Counted from the first letter of the whole stretch, positions 13,164 through 26,224 are shown. The stretch is 63,456 bases of DNA, filler included, from Rhabdomonas costata (GCA_019059605.1; 30 parts of 30 records of this genome joined end to end with filler, not necessarily neighbours in it), one strand, 5' to 3'. Numbers and translations are program-made. Notes: generated from the letters alone by a model not told the origin.

Positions 13164-14739
13164 TTGCACCCTCCTGTCGTGCCTGTTTTTCCGGGCTTCG
13201 TGCGCACTCAGAATTGCTGGACTCAGATCCATTCGGAGGCGACAACGAGTTGCTGGATGCCGGAGCGCTACTTCGAAATAAAGAGGGACAAGGCTGTCTA
13301 CAGCCAAATCCAGGACTGGTTCCAGTGTGCCTACCCCGCTGAATGCAGCCGCCTTCTCGCGCAGAGTGTGGCGTGCGGCTCGGCTGATGAGGAGGAAGAG
13401 TTGACGAAGCCAAACCCCGCGTCGGACAAATCCACCGCGGAGCTCTCAATTCGCTGCGGGTTTGCGCGGATGGGCGTGTTGGAGCTTCTTCAGGGTTGGA
13501 AAATGGGACGCTTCACCAAATCCTCCACAAGTGTGTACCCCAAGCAAAATTGCCCGGCCTACGTGGCGGGGCTGCTGTTTAACGAATGCGAAGGGGGGCC
13601 CTTGCAGACGTGGTTCTGTTTAGCCGTGCCCGGCAAGGACGCCCACGAACCATGGGACATAATCGACATCGGAGGCATCCCGGAGTCAAAGGCTCGGCCC
13701 CGGATGACTGTGCAATGCAGCCTCTACCCCGTGCCGTGGCAGAGTTTCCGTGTGTTTCGCTTTGCTCGGGAATTCGGAAACTGCTTTCGCCTCTTTGGAG
13801 AGCGTACCCTCTCATCGGGCACGGAGGAGGACAGCAAGCGCTGGAGAGACCACGCGGCTCTGCAGAGCAAGGCCTTTCGGATTGTTCTAGGGCACATCCT
13901 CAACCCCGAGCGGGGTCACGACATGCAGTCCCAGCCGGCAGTGCCAGACATGGCGTCCCTGGCGAAAACTCTTAGAATTGGTGTCTCGGAGTTGCGACAG
14001 CGCTTTCCTGCGGTGGCGCAAATGGACGACCACCAGCTGCATGCGGTAATGCTTGTGCTGCGCAATCCAGGACTCCCTGTCACCCTACTGGGATCTTCCG
14101 GTGTGGGCAAGACGGTGGTGGTGACCTCCATGCTCAAGCTTCGTCCGCTGGTTTGTGGAGGCCCCCTGGTTCAGCTGTACATCACAGACTCCAACGCGCC
14201 GCTAGACGCCTTTGCTCGGGAGTGCCCTTGGGAGATTTTCCGCTTGGTGTCGCGCACCCACAAACAGGAGCTTGATAAAGAATCTGAGGTTCCCTTCGCG
14301 TACTCAGACCGCCTCCCCAAAAATGTTGCCGGCCTGTCAACCATTGCAGTTACCGCGGATACCTTCCTGCGGTGCTGGTGGCCCAAAGATCTGCACATCG
14401 CCACCGTTGTTGTGGATGAAGCCCAAGGTGTCTCCGATATGGCGATGCTGAGCATCCTGCAGCGGTGCCAGGAGTTCCAGTACCGCACGGTGCCGCTTTC
14501 CTTCGTGTGCGCGGGCGACCCGATGCAGCCCGGGGTGCAGACCAGCAGCGGCCGCCGCGAGCGCTCTCTTAAGAAGAACCACGTCCGGCGGGTCCTGCAC
14601 CTGCTTCGTGACCCCTTGGAGGGCACCGCCCTTCCCAACCCCTTTACTCGAGTTGTTCATCTCACCCACACGTACCGCCAGAAGCATCCCGGTTCCTGCA
14701 AGCTGAACTCCGAGATGAAATGGGGTACCACACCAAAAC
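13164..14739 (+). CDS. Upf1/DNA2-like superfamily 1 helicase, intronless, 3'-truncated by the contig end (first in-frame ATG at 13257)
   Basis: Ordered motifs: Q (MDDHQLHAV), I (GSSGVGKT), Ia (YITDSNAPLD), II (VVDEA), III (AGDPMQP), then LTHTYRQKHP. Confidence 0.85.
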
Positions 14740-14908
14740 NNNNNNNNNNNNNNNNNNNNNNNNNNNNNNNNNNNNNNNNNNNNTTAATTAATTAANNNNN
14801 NNNNNNNNNNNNNNNNNNNNNNNNNNNNNNNNNNNNNNNGGGTGGGGGGGGCGGTAAGGCGCGGTATATAACGGGACCAGAATAGAGGAAGCTCCCATTT
14901 TGAGGAGA

Positions 14909-16621
14909 TTAGGGTGAGTAGGAGGGCAGGCGGGAGAATGGCGTGAACTCAGTGGCTGGGAAGTTCTTGCGCGGAGAGGACCGGGGACGGAAACCGTCTT
15001 GCGCAGGACGCTGCTGCTCCTCTGCCGTATGCAGGATTTGTGTTGAGACGACGTCCGCTTTGGCTCCACTCGCGTGCGCGCTTGAATGAGACCATGTGCG
15101 CTTGAATGAGACAAAATTCAACCACCACAGAAAAAAAAAGAGAAGCTACGTGATGCTCCATGAAAAAAACGGTACCGGAGGTGTTCAGTATTCAAGCAAT
15201 GGGATAAACAGGGTTTCTTTAGTGTACCATAAAGTGGTGTGCTACGACAATTCACTGCTCGGGGGGGGGGGAGTTTGAGGGTTAGGTGGTTCGTGGTTCA
15301 ATACCTCTCCATTTTCCCACGTCCAACCTCAGAACCGATCACTTCCTCTGACACAACTATTTACACGCTTGCTCTCGCATGGGTAGCAAGAGAAACCAAC
15401 ACTGAGTATTCTACAAAAACGCACATAAAACCACACTCTTTGCTCAAGGCAAAACATAGCGCAGCACTGACAGCCGGTCACTTTCCCTTCCGGCAGGTGC
15501 GGCGCAGGGCCTGCAGCTCCTTCCGAAGCCGGGCATTCTCTTCCAGCTGCGCATTTAGCGCAGCCATGTCCTCGCCCCGCTGCTGCTGCAGGGAGACCTT
15601 TGAAGCCTCTGACTTCAGCACCTCCTGCACCGCAAAAGGATGACATGACGGGATTTTCATACTCAAGCTAGAATGGAAGTTGATGAAAAGGGTACCCCCT
15701 CCCCTCGCCCTTGTCACAGAGGCAGGCATCTGTTCGCATAAATTCTTACGATGCAACTTTCTGATGGTTTATAGCAAGCTATTGTTAACAGCAATGCCTC
15801 GATGTACTTTCGACACTGGAATCGGGATGGGCCAATGACACGTGATGTGAACGAGAAAGGGAGAAGGCAAGTAGTGGTCAACAAGGCAGGACAGAAGAAA
15901 TCATGGAACCATGCGCAATTACCTCGGCTCGCCTGCGGGCCTCGGGGACTAACGTCTGAGTGATCTCCCGCATCGCAACCTGAAGGGCCTCCAGGTTTTC
16001 CGCCGCATCCCGCAGCGTCTGGCGCTCGGCATTGGAGGCGTTGCCCGGACCAGGCTCGGCGTTCGCAGGGCTGTCCTCAGCTTCGCTTTCGCTTTCGCTC
16101 TGGTCATCCCCTTCTTCTTGCGCACAGCTGTCGGCCAGCTCCTGAACTCGGCGCGCGGCGGTTTCTGAGACCCACCCACCCACACGCTCAGAAAGACAAT
16201 CCGTCCTGCCATTATGAGTACCATGAGAGAGAAGTGAGAGCAGCAGCCAGCGGACACCATAAGTTATACGTCCACTTGGGTTAATACGGATCCCAAGACA
16301 GAGCCCAAGAAAATGACATGGGAGCAGCGGTTTAGGGCAGCCAGTTTTTGAGATACTGAGCACTTACCACGTAGCAAATCTCGAGGAAGGAAAGAAAGTA
16401 GCACACACCACGAAATCAACAAAGCACGTGGCTCGAGGAATATAGGTCAAGCAAGACACGGCAGTACACTGAAACGTGACTTTCGAGCTCAGAAAAATGA
16501 ACATCATACCAAAATCTTCTTGTAGCTGTTTTAGTCGGTCGTGATCGACTTTTGTGGGGAGCGCGGCAGGTTTGCCTTCCGCCGAAGGGCAGAAGACATC
16601 GTCTACGCTATCAGTGGCCAT
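14909..16621 (-). CDS. Coiled-coil protein, apparently complete 4-exon gene (16621-16510, 16164-15923, 15624-15482, ~15080-14909)
   Basis: ATG-to-TAA model with phase-consistent GT-AG introns; heptad-rich LNAQLEENARLRKELQAL. Confidence 0.65.
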
Positions 16622-18143
16622 TTTTTCCCAGAGAAACGAAGATGCAAAGTGACACAGTACGAAAAAAAAAAAAGAGAACAAACCGAAACAAGTGGGCAAA
16701 AGGATGCATATTATGATATCAATACCGCTTGCCATTTCTTCTGGCGCACTCCTGTGTCACCGCTGGCATCTGGCAGATAGTAGAAAATTCGTCCAACTTC
16801 TTCAAAACAACCCAGCAAAAGAAAATTAGGCACAAGTGCATTTATGCCCCCCCACAACNNNNNNNNNNNNNNNNNNNNNNNNNNNNNNNNNNNNNNNNNN
16901 NNTTAATTAATTAANNNNNNNNNNNNNNNNNNNNNNNNNNNNNNNNNNNNNNNNNNNNTTTTTTTGGGTTCAGTTTGCCCGAACCCCGATGGAAAGCTTT
17001 TCCTCTGCTGAAAAATTCGGCGCGCGTCTGCGCTGCAAAGATTCATGTGTGATGTGACTGCCAGCTTCCAGCTGCCAGCTGTTGACTGATGTCATCGCTG
17101 TTTTTTCCCTCCCTCGCTCAGCCTTCATTTCAGTCATCTTTCCTCGAAGCTCCGCCATCCCCGTCATCCTGATTCCTCCTCTTTAGAAAGCAAGGTGAGC
17201 CTTCTGTTGTGAGGCTGGTTTGTGGTGGTTTGGATTTATTTAGGGACCAAATCCAGTTTGGACCGGGGCCATCTGCGAGGCAAAAACGTTTGTCAACTCT
17301 GTCCACGTTATGACGAGCTATTTCTTATGACTTTGTGTTGCTTGTCTCATATTTGTACAGCAGCTCATCGCTCTTATAGTGCGTAAGGTTTTTTGGCTGC
17401 ACATCGCTGCCGCTTATTTTGTTTCCTTGAAATGGTTTAAGCTCGTCACACTCTTATTATATCTCTTCTCGCATGACTTTGTGCGTAAATCAAACACCCA
17501 TACTGACTTGCAAGTGGTCTCCCTGCAATGCAGGAGTGTCTTTTTCAGTTCCAACGGCGGTTCAGGGCTAAGAGGAACATGAGCGGTAGCGGTTCATCTT
17601 CCGCAGGCTCAGTAGTCCTGTGGAAATGGAAAGTTTCAAATCATCTCAAGTTTTTTTATAGTGATGCAGCCCACTCATTGCAGAAGCTGGGCTGGTGTGC
17701 AACATTTACCAAGTCGCCCAGTTATCTCTGCGGCTCATCTCGAAAACGATCGAGAACGATCTGAGGACAACGTAGGAAATATTGAGGAATAGTAACGACC
17801 CGCGGGCCAGATTTCCCGGGATCGGTCTAACTTTGGAATGGTTTTGGAATTAGCCGGGAATGATCTGAAATGGCCTGAGAAAGATCTGGCAAAGACATGG
17901 AGAGGTTTTGGGGGAAACATCTGGCGAAGGTGCTCCTGGCAGGACGCTGGAGCATTGCCTCGTGGAGCAGATGGAAGCAGTCAGATGTGGTGCTGAGCTT
18001 TCCCCTGAATGAGCGGTGTCGGCATCAGTAGGCGTTGTGCAGAGGAGAGGGTGGGCAGAGGAGGAACGCATGCACAGCATTTCTTTTTGAAGATTTCCCA
18101 TCACCCGTAGCTCAAACGCTCTTGCATCTGCTCTGACACGGAC

Positions 18144-18578
18144 ATGTCCGCCGAGTTGGAGTTTCTGCTCCGCAACGTCTCCCCTCGAACTGGGCTACCC
18201 CTGAGCTTCGCAGTTCCCCCGGGGTACTGGCAGACCGCCCACCAGGCCGCTCCTCATACCCCCGCAGCCCGCGCAGAGCGCCTTCTAGCGGACTACGGCA
18301 CCAACCTCTACGACGCCGCATGCTGGGTGCTTGCGCTGGCCCTGGAGGGCCGGAGGGAGCCCGCGCTGGCGCACATCCAGACGCTGCGAAAGGGTAGCTG
18401 TGGGGAGCTCCAAGACTTGCGGGGCTTCGCCCCGCCCTTCGCCTACGGGCCCCTGCGGGCCACTGTGGGGCGGGAGCACGGGCTGTTCTTCCGGATGATT
18501 TCGGATCGGTTCACACTTCGCGACTCCTGGCCTGGCTCCACGGAGAAGCTGACGTGGCCCGACTGGAACCCCATCCTG
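18144..18578 (+). CDS. First exon of an uncharacterised protein, possibly glycoside hydrolase-like helical barrel
   Basis: 145 GC-rich codons with TGLPLSF, GTNLYDAACW, FFRMISD, WPDWNPIL, then a GT donor. Confidence 0.6.
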
Positions 18579-19077
18579 GTTGTTGTCTTTGTTGTGCGGA
18601 TGTGATTATACACGCCTTCCCATCTGCTCGGCTTCCCGTTGACTGTCTTCTGCGACTAAAGATACTATCAGGTGATTCAGCCGGCTTGGTATATTTTTGG
18701 CGAGGGGTACGAACATAATTAAGCCTGGTGAGCATGCATCAAAATATACGCTGTCATTGCCAGGCTGTGCTCGATTTTCGATTTTCTGATATGAACGAGA
18801 ACGAGAACTCCGATGGGCGAGGAAGGGAACTTGCCGTGCCCCAGTCGAGAATTGAGTCCATTCGAAATCGCTTGCTTTACTCGCACCTCGCATCTTCTAC
18901 CCCGTTCGGTTGACGTTGATGCACCTCGCACGGGTGCCCACCAAAACCCAGAGTGGACGATCATCTGTTCCAGCATTNNNNNNNNNNNNNNNNNNNNNNN
19001 NNNNNNNNNNNNNNNNNNNNNTTAATTAATTAANNNNNNNNNNNNNNNNNNNNNNNNNNNNNNNNNNNNNNNNNNNN

Positions 19078-19951
19078 GTGGGTGGGGGTTCTCCCCCACA
19101 TGCAGCTTGTACAGCTCATGAGCTTTCCAAAAGATGCCCACAGACACTCCCAGGCAGGTTTGTGCAGAGCTCAGCAAGGCAGAGTCGTGCTCAGCTTCGG
19201 GGTTAACAGAGGCGCGAGAGGAGCTGAAGCCAGAAGAAAGTGCCGCAGAGCGAGAGTCACTCTGAACGCAGAGTTGACATCCGAGATCATCCCTGCGCTG
19301 CAGGGCATCTTTAGAGCTCAGTGATTTGCGAAGATGACGATAAAGTGTGCTCATTGTGGCGAAGCGAATGTCTCTGAAGTACTTGTCCATGTTTTCGGGA
19401 GTCGTCTTCACAATTGCAAAGTTCATCGGGCGTCCGTCGACCTTCACCACAGCATCGGGGCACTCGAGCAAAAAAGCGGACAGGAACTGGTGCGGGAGCG
19501 CAAAGTCGGTCAGGGTGCAGGTCACGCCGAACCTGGCCAGCACCACATTTGCCCGGAGGGTCGCACCCCCACCCCGAGCCATGCCGACCTCCTCAGCAGT
19601 GATGTTTGTGGCAACAAAAAACAGCCCCGACTGCACTCGTCCTCCGCTGTCCACGGCATAGGAGGGCTCCCTCAGGGACTTCGGCGCGAACACCTTTAAC
19701 TCCATCGGCCCAACCACGCAGGCCATGTAAATGCTAGGAAGGCTCATTCCCAGAAAGATCGTACCGGGCTCAAAGATATCATCTGCAGCAATGGTTTTTA
19801 ACCCCACACTGTTTGCGGCAGGTGGATTTGCAACCTTTGCGGAGATGTCGTACACCTGTATGGCCTTTCCGTCAAAGAATTCCGAAACTGGAAGGGTTGA
19901 ATAGCGAGGCTTCAGTTGGCGCAGACCTGTGGGCCCCAGGAAAGCACTCAT
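19078..19951 (-). CDS. Intronless hypothetical protein, truncated by the contig end
   Basis: About 290 open codons from ATG with globular-looking composition. Confidence 0.65.
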
Positions 19952-21339
19952 TCTGTTTTGTACACAAGAAAAATCCTGATTTGCGATTTTGAAAAGTAAG
20001 CGTCACTTCGTCAGCAAACCTTGGAGCTCAAAACGTTACGTTTTCAAATGTGGCCCACGCCACGTCAAATGAGACTGGCAAAGAAAAATGCAACCAAGGC
20101 CAAAACCACAGAACCCCAGATCTTGAAAACATCTGGACATCGCAGAAAAAACTGACCTATGCTGACCCTAATGCATAAATCAGCAAACGTGCTGACATCA
20201 ATTACAATTCACAAAGTTTTTTTATTGCATTTACAGACTGACTGTCCAGTCCAAAAGGTTCTCCTCAACTCACACTTCAAGGTGATGCGCCTGCTATTGT
20301 GGAGGGTCGGCGAACACAGCAGCCTTTGTACTAAATGCTCTTTCTTCCCTCCCTCCTTCCCCCCCCTTCTCGGCATAAAGATGCAATCACTTGAAACCCA
20401 ACCTACCCACGCCCTGCCCCGTGACGTGCGCGGACTTCCTGAGGATGAGTTGTACTTGGCGGTGTAGCCCACACACAGCCCCGGCGAAGTCAAGCTTTTG
20501 GAGCGACCGTCCGCTTTTCGAATGACGTCCCAAAGGGCACGTTCTACCGTTGCCAATTTTGCAACCCCTTCGCGGGTGTTTCCCACATTTCAAGAGGGAA
20601 AGAACCGTCAGTTCAGCAGAGCTACATGCTCCGCATTTCACCCAGGGCAACAGAACCGCTCAACTGTGACAGCACACGCCACACAAGCAAACAACAACAC
20701 AAAACGAAAACAAGCGGGTCCACAGCAACACAGCACAACCCTAGGACAGGGCAAGTCGGAGCATTTCCTTGTCGGATGTGTCGGTGTGTCTGAATGTGCA
20801 TGTGAATTTGGGTGTTGGGCAAGGGGAAGGGGTGACACGGAGGTGTTAGAATGCACCATGTGAAGTGCATCGTCTACTATATTGACAACAACCACTTCCC
20901 CTGCCCCTGGGTGGGCAAAAGTAGCAGCAGCACAGAATCCCGAGCGTATTGACAAAAGTCCGCCCCTACAATAGCAAACGCCTCCAAGTACAACGACAAG
21001 AACAACCAACAACAGGCATAATAGCTCAGGGTAGGCCCCATCTTCAAGGCCACCAAGGGCGGCGGACGGGCGGGGAGAACAAATTGGTGCCACACANNNN
21101 NNNNNNNNNNNNNNNNNNNNNNNNNNNNNNNNNNNNNNNNTTAATTAATTAANNNNNNNNNNNNNNNNNNNNNNNNNNNNNNNNNNNNNNNNNNNNTTGT
21201 TGTTGTGTTCTTGCTGGAACCTCAAAACGACGGAGCATCTGAACGACCTTTTTGCTTCGAGCGGTTGCTTCCCCTTGTATGTGAGCTGAGAAACTCATCA
21301 AAATGGGTAATTGAACTATCAAACGTTTTGTCGTTCACA

Positions 21340-23215
21340 GGTTTGCTACAAGAGAGCTGGGATGTTTGGCACCTATGCTCGTGTTGGGCCGCCGCTGGTC
21401 GTCGGGCAGGACGTGATCCAAGCGCCGGCCGCCTTGGTGCCTGTCCAGACGGTTTGGGGCAGCTTCCTTGCCGGTCCGAACTGCACCGTGTGCCAGCCCG
21501 TCCCCTTCTCCGTGTCCTGCCGCGCCACCTGCCCGGGTGGGGCCAAGAGCCCCTGCTCTGGCAATGGGCATTGCTTCCAGGGCAATGGCACGTGTGCCTG
21601 CGACAGCGGCTTCGTGGGGCCGGCGTGCGACCAGGTCTGCCCCAGCTCTGCCGGGCTGGTTTGCAGCCAGAAGGGGACGTGCTTCCTCAACACCTCGACC
21701 CAAGCCGCGCAGTGCCAATGCAACTGCGGCGGACTGTGCGGCGGCAGTGCCTGCGAGCTGAGCTGCCCTCTTGGTGCGAACTCCTCTGGGGTGTGCAGCG
21801 GGCACGGGGCTTGCGAGGACTTCCAGTGCAAGTGTTTTGGGCACTACGCGGGCTACGCGTGCGACTCCTGCGCACCGGGGTATGGCGGGGCTTTCTGCAA
21901 CCAGAGCTGCCCTGGGCAGGACGCCGGGTGGGCATGCACGGGCAACGGCACATGCAACACCACCTCCTTCACATGCAACTGCTACCCTGGATTCGTGGGA
22001 GCGGACTGCTCTGTGGCTTGCCCTGGGCTAATTCTGTCATCTCAAGGCGTTAGCCTGCCGTGTTCCGGAAACGGTGACTGCTTGGGCAATGGCACGTGCA
22101 GCTGTTACGGTAACTATGCCGGCCCTGACTGCAGCACTTGCCTGCCGACCTATGGAGGGGCCAACTGCACCCAGCTTTGCCCAGGGAATGGCACTTGTGG
22201 TGGGCGCGGAAACTGCTCTGCTGCCACGGCGACGTGTGTTTGTAATACCGGTTGGTTCGGGGACCAGTGCCAGTGCAATGCGACTATGCGGGCGAATTGC
22301 TTCCCCACTTGCCCGCCCAACGTCTTCGGGCTGAACTGCTCCAACCTTTGCCCCGGCGTTCAGAACATCTCCGGGGTGCTCACTGCGGCCTGCAACCTAG
22401 ACAACCGCACGGTCAGCCCAGGCACCTGTATGCCCGTCCCCAACGACTACGCCGTTTGCTCCTGCACCACTGGCTGGACAGGGGCCTTCTGCCAGGTCGC
22501 ATGCCCCATCGGCATCAATAGCACTGTTTGCAGTGGGCGTGGAACCTGCCAGAACAGCAGCTCCACGGTCAATACAACCACGACCCAAGCTTCGTGCGTT
22601 TGCAATAAGGGCTTTGCTGGAACAGCGTGTGAGCTGAGGTGCCCTGGTGCCCCGACATCCGTATGCAGTAGTCATGGCAATTGCTTTGAGAACACATACC
22701 AGCTGGACTCACTTCTGGCGTACACTCTGACTGCAGTGGGCAACGCGACCTGTAGCTGTGACAGGGATCACGCCGGTGCCGATTGCTCTCTGCCGTGCCC
22801 ATTGGGTACTGCTGGGCTGACTTGCGGTGGGCAAGGTTCCTGTTACAACATTTCTTCAAACAGAACGGCGTGCCGTTGCAACGTGGGCTGGAATCCTGCT
22901 TCAAACTGCTCCAACTGCAGTGCGGGCTACTATGGTCAAAACTGCTCCAAGACCTGCCTGTACAACAACGCTGTGTGTGCTGGCCATGGCACGTGCTCCG
23001 ATGGGTTCTACGGCACTGGAGCATGCAACTGCAGTGCTGGGTGGTGCGGCCCTCTCTGCGAGGTTTCATGCTCGGGTATTGGTCAGACTTGTGTTGCGGA
23101 AACCCAGACCTGCACATGCAAGCTGAATTGTACCCAGACTGTGAACGACCATTATCTTTCCTTGTCCCGGCTGTATGTCTCGCTTGCATGTGCAGGTCTG
23201 GGTTTCCAACACAAA
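21340..23215 (+). CDS. Cys-rich EGF/laminin-EGF/tenascin-like repeat surface protein (large exon)
   Basis: Many CSGxGxC...CxCxxGxxGxxC repeats and numerous NxS/T sequons; TCACAG acceptor ending at 21340. Confidence 0.93.
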
Positions 23216-24876
23216 NNNNNNNNNNNNNNNNNNNNNNNNNNNNNNNNNNNNNNNNNNNNTTAATTAATTAANNNNNNNNNNNNNNNNNNNNNNNNNNNNN
23301 NNNNNNNNNNNNNNNGTCCGCCCTGAGACTTCGACAGATTACTGATCACGATTGACCGCGACCAATGAGGGGGAAATGTTGATTTCAAGCCGTTCGCAAA
23401 GACGTCCAAAAATTTCGGTGCACAATAGGATCGTTTCCATTCAAAAAACGAATCGAATCATAACGCAAAAAAAATTTCCATGCGGCGTTGCGGCCGCGGA
23501 TAGAAAGTCGATTTCTAGATCTGGTGCGTCCTCGGCCCGCGCACCACCACACCGCGTCACACACCCGTTGCACCCCAATTTGTGGCCGCGTGGATCCGAC
23601 GCGTTGCCCAAAAAGACGCCGCCGTAACTTACAACCCCTGCCCTTTCCCCCTTTTCAAGGGTGCTTTGTTTGAGCGGCTAAAAAATACGGGCTAGAGTTA
23701 AGCGGAATGTTTGAAATCCTCATGCTGAAAAACCTGCGCGGAACCAAAAAAAAACGACGGTGCATCCAAATAAATCTTTATACCCGCGTTGGGGTGCGCC
23801 AAAAGGATAAAACATTAGGCGCTCTGCCCTAATAGCACTTTAAAGGACCGAGCGGCCGGGACGAAATCCGACCCGCTCATTTTCCTTTATCGCTTCACTT
23901 TCCGGGCACTTCGGCGCGGCCCCGTCAGAGGATCGTAAAAAAATCGACCTTTTGGTGGTCTGCGGGCGTTCTGCGCCGGGTGGGGTTGGATTCGACGAGC
24001 GGTTGCCCGGTTCGCCGTTTTGAAAATTTCTACCCCAACTTCCAAAGAATCCGTTCTCCCAAAATGCGACTTTTGGGGACGTTTTCGGCTCCTGGAAAGT
24101 TTTCTTTTCGCCGCTCTTTTCCCGCATTGGCCCTATAAAAGACAAATGTCGGTATTCCCCCTGGCGGCAAAAAAAGGGAAATCAATCCGCACCGGGAAGG
24201 GACCGCGGGCAAAAACGAATAGGACGTATAGGGTCTTCCGCACCGGGCTCCTGGGAATCGAGCCTTTGAGGCACCGCCCGCGTTCTCCAGGACATCGTGT
24301 TGGAACATGGGCCCCCGATGGGTTCCCAATACTCCGGTATCGGAGCACCTTGGTAAACAATGACCTGCCCATGGGCTAGGGGCATGGTAATCATGGCCAG
24401 GGTAAGGGATACCCCCGGTACACCCCTTTTATCCCTTTTTTCCAACCTTTACGTTCAAAAGCATGATCGCCGCGGAAGCACCGAAGCACAAAAGGCCCGG
24501 GTCACCGCCTCTCATATCCGAGCCTCGAAAAGGGGTATAAAAAAAAGACGCACGTCCCGCGCCAGGGCGCAGGACAAGAGGGGGAAAAAGCGACAGCACG
24601 ATCAGCTCCGGATCAAATGCCTTGTCGGCAGCGTTGGAATACAAAGGCTTCCACTAAACCAAAGGCATTTGCAGGCAGCGGGATGGGTGCGACCATCCCG
24701 ATGTTGCGGCCAGCCTGCACACTCTTGCTCTTGCGGGTCTGTACAAGGAGCAAGGCAAGTACGGCGCCACAGCACGGATTTTTGAGGGGGTGTTGAGGAT
24801 TCATAGACAGCAAGCTTGCGGATGACCATCTCAAGAAGAGTTTTTGTTCTTTGACGCTAGCAAGTTATTTTCCTCC

Positions 24877-24915
24877 TCCTGACAATGGTTTGCGACTCCT
24901 GACAATGGTTTGCGA
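24877..24915. repeat. Short tandem duplication (CTCCTGACAATGGTTTGCGA x2)
   Basis: Seen directly; boundaries approximate. Confidence 0.85.
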
Positions 24916-25500
24916 AGCGCAAATGCCCCATTCAACAGGAAGCTGAAGCACCACTGCCAAACACTACACTTTGCACGCTGCTTTGCACGCTGAAGTGGTG
25001 CAGGAAAGCATTAGATGTACATCAAAAGACACAAATGAAATATGATATTTTATTCAGCTTCAGCCTCACCAACACAAAAAACCAACCGCACTATGTCACG
25101 CACTTTGTTCAAGGACACACGCGTTGCGCATGTGGGGACGCCCTGGGGAGCGGGCGGTCAGGGGGACCCACAGATGCCTGGACAGGTGGGTCCACCATCA
25201 TCCTCAAGTCTACAGAAGAATCCCTCAAGACGCGAAATGGCGAAATGGCGCACAGGACACATGAATACAAGCCAAGCACACCAAGGAAGAAACGATGCTC
25301 ACACAGCGCATCACGGCAGATGATAACCGCTNNNNNNNNNNNNNNNNNNNNNNNNNNNNNNNNNNNNNNNNNNNNTTAATTAATTAANNNNNNNNNNNNN
25401 NNNNNNNNNNNNNNNNNNNNNNNNNNNNNNNGTGTTTTTGTAGACACTGAGTGGGCCCTGGATTCGAATCCCACCCACATTCCCAAGTCCAGGCGAGTTC

Positions 25501-25649
25501 CGGAGTCCGGAGTTGAACCTGCAACTCTTGGCACGGGTGCCACGTGCTCCCCTTATTACAATCTTCTTCCACGGACATTTGTGGGACGAGGGATTTGGGG
25601 AGCCCGGAGTTGAACACGCGACTTTTTGCATGGGTGCAACATACTCCCC
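25501..25649 (-). repeat. Two tandem tRNA-like (SINE head or pseudo-tRNA) units, 97-bp period
   Basis: 41/52 identity between 25501-25552 and 25598-25649; B-box-like GTTCAACTCC; anticodon-like hairpin. Confidence 0.6.
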
Positions 25650-26224
25650 CCCCCCTCTGCACCCTCTTATTCGCATTCGATCAGCGGAATTGATTTTCCG
25701 GGGGGGGGCTATTCGATCAAGTCATCTTTTTCCAACTATTGCTATCTTCGGTCAGCTGATGTGCCTCCAATTTAACGCCATCAATCAATATCCAATCTCT
25801 GCCTCAAAGATTGTTCAAAATTCCAAATGCACTCGCTCCTCTCGAAGGGGTTCCTCGCACGAAGAACGGACAGAGTTCGACAAAAGCAAGAAGTTCGTTG
25901 CGGCAGCGATCTGAACCTCCCTTGAATTTCGGTGGACCCAGACAGAGCGGAAGTTGCCGTGAACAGCACTGCCCTGAACACCAAGATAAGCATGACCAGT
26001 ATCTGTTGTCCGGTACCTGCTGAGAACTGTGCAGCCCTCTCTCTTTGGGTGGGGAATGTGGTAATTTTTAATGGCCGGGTCTCGAACCGGATCCTGGAGG
26101 ATGAGGGGAGAGAGGTCCTATCGTCGGCAGAAGCGGGGTGGTGGGTTGCACGGGCTGCAACCTGGAGCCCCCTGGGAAGCTGGGGACCCTCTCTCTTTCC
26201 GCCCCACATGCACAACATTCAAAC

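Noticed and set aside
24300-24440. GC hairpins plus CTAG as a Helitron 3' end or structured RNA
   Set aside because: Hairpin-to-CTAG spacing and the following base do not fit, and there is no second copy or covariation to support it.
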